A stretch of 64,000 nt of DNA from positions 115,855-179,854 of the forward strand of contig CAWENF010000003.1 in the NCBI GenBank assembly GCA_963810275.1, given 5' to 3'. Numbering within the stretch: position 1 is the stretch's first letter; each line of letters opens with the position of its first letter. The stretch is from an uncultured archaeon. Lineage in GTDB: Archaea; Thermoproteota; Bathyarchaeia; Bathyarchaeales; Bathycorpusculaceae. The notes beneath the pieces were generated by a model. That model ran no database searches. It had not been told where the DNA came from and saw only the letters and a list, made by a program, of their open reading frames with translations. The position numbers and the translations under genes were made by a program. This document shows positions 62,657-64,000 of this stretch, one piece after another.

Positions 62657-63886
62657 CTAGGATTTTTTAGCCTTAGCTTTGGTGTTGGGTTTTTTGTCTG
62701 CAGCTTTTAGCGAGTTGTACATCCGCGACTGCATGCCCCAAATCTCGATGAACCCTTTGCTGTAGCTCTGGTTAAAGCTGGTTTTAATGTTGTAGTTTGC
62801 GAGGTTTTTGTCGTAGAGGCTGTTTGGTGAGTTCCGTCCAATGACGATGAGGCTGCCTTTGAAGAGTTTGAGTTTGACTTCACCGGTGACGTTTTCCTGT
62901 GAGTTGTTGATGTAAGCGTCTAAGTTGTCTTTTAGTGGGTCAACCCAGAGGCCTGCATAGGCAAGGAATCCCCATTCAGCGTCGATTTGCTGCTTGAAGA
63001 GCACCTGGTGACGGGTCATAACCATTTTTTCAAGGTCTTTGTGGGCTTCTAGAATTACGACGGCGGCTGGACACTCGTAGACTTCTCGTGATTTCAAGCC
63101 GACGATGCGGTCTTCAATGTGGTCGATTCTGCCGACGCCGTTTCTTCCAGCAATTTTGTTGACTTCCTCGATTAATGCAAGTGGCTTCATTTTTTTCCCG
63201 TTGACCGAAACGGGCACACCTTGCTTGAAGCCAATGGTAACAACTTCAGGGTTATCTGGTGCTTTTTCGGGTGAAGCAGTCCATTCGTAAGCGTCCTCTG
63301 GTGGTTCATTGTTAGCGTCTTCCAGCAAGCCACACTCTATTGCCCGTCCCCACACGGAGGCATCGATGCTGTATTTTTTGGCGTTCTCAGAGATTGGTAT
63401 GCCTTTCTCTTTGGCGTAGGCGATTTCTTCGTCGCGGGTTAAGCCCCACTCGCGAACAGGAGCGAGAATTTGTTTATCGGTTGCGAGAGCGCCTAGTGTG
63501 ATGTCGAAGCGGACTTGATCGTTTCCACGTCCAGTGCAGCCGTGAACTAAGCCGACTGCGCCTTCTTTTTTGGCGATTTCAACCATCTTCTTGGCAATAA
63601 GTGGCCGAGATAAGCTGGTGCTGATGGGATACTTGCCCTCGTAGAGCGCGTTGGCTTTAATGGCAGGGAAAATGTAGTCCTTGCAGAACTCCTCTTTAGC
63701 GTTAATGCCAAAATGCTTGTACACTCCAAGTTTTTTCGCTTTCTCTGCCGCGGCGTTAAGATCTTCGCCCTGACCCACATCAACCGTGACGGTGATGACT
63801 TCCCCGCTGAGCTTCTCCTGAATATACTTGATGAGGACGGACGTGTCCAGTCCGCCTGAATAAGCTAACACATATTTATCTGCCAA
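62657..63886 (-). CDS. argG: Argininosuccinate synthase
   Basis: LAYSGGLDTS, HGCTGRGNDQVRF and KSREVYE motifs. Confidence 0.98.
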   Translation of the reverse strand: MADKYVLAYSGGLDTSVLIKYIQEKLSGEVITVTVDVGQGEDLNAAAEKAKKLGVYKHFGINAKEEFCKDYIFPAIKANALYEGKYPISTSLSRPLIAKKMVEIAKKEGAVGLVHGCTGRGNDQVRFDITLGALATDKQILAPVREWGLTRDEEIAYAKEKGIPISENAKKYSIDASVWGRAIECGLLEDANNEPPEDAYEWTASPEKAPDNPEVVTIGFKQGVPVSVNGKKMKPLALIEEVNKIAGRNGVGRIDHIEDRIVGLKSREVYECPAAVVILEAHKDLEKMVMTRHQVLFKQQIDAEWGFLAYAGLWVDPLKDNLDAYINNSQENVTGEVKLKLFKGSLIVIGRNSPNSLYDKNLANYNIKTSFNQSYSKGFIEIWGMQSRMYNSLKAADKKPNTKAKAKKS

Positions 63887-64000
63887 CTTGTCCCGTGACC
63901 CCAGTTTTGTTTTTGAATTTGTTTTCCCTTACCTCTTTGGCTGTATTTTTAAAGGTTGTGACTTTTTTGTTACTTAACAAGCTTTAAATGTACCATTTGA

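Noticed and set aside
63887-64000. Arg-rich leader peptide upstream of argG
   Set aside because: None visible in the available sequence
1-64000. CRISPR arrays, transposases, integrases or defence systems
   Set aside because: No regularly spaced repeats or recognisable mobile or defence proteins were seen, including next to the tRNA

Overview
Archaeal chromosomal segment, most likely Bathyarchaeia. This is inferred from archaeal ribosomal proteins, the ADH-synthase/DHQ-synthase-II route to shikimate, a stand-alone 5S rRNA, a DUF5752-like protein and frequent TTG starts. Contents: the L22 to L32e ribosomal protein operon, [NiFe]-hydrogenase maturation genes (hypE, hypF-C-D), an accessory region with several decayed genes, and a tRNA-Met with a non-canonical intron. 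A ~37 kb amino-acid biosynthesis supercluster follows (ilvD, sulfide-dependent homocysteine genes, lysC-aro-tyrA operon, pheA-leu-ilv, cimA-like, carAB, argGH). The top observation is an unannotated Phe/Tyr-rich leader peptide (32267-32353) with flanking stems directly upstream of the aromatic amino acid operon. This is a bacterial-style ribosome-mediated attenuation architecture in an archaeon. Weaker uORF or start-codon anomalies lie upstream of leuC, ilvB and the cimA-like gene. Two TATA-preceded, highly base-paired non-coding elements (31931-32120 and 55265-55378) are candidate novel ncRNAs. All calls come from manual reading; no database searches or folding programs were run.
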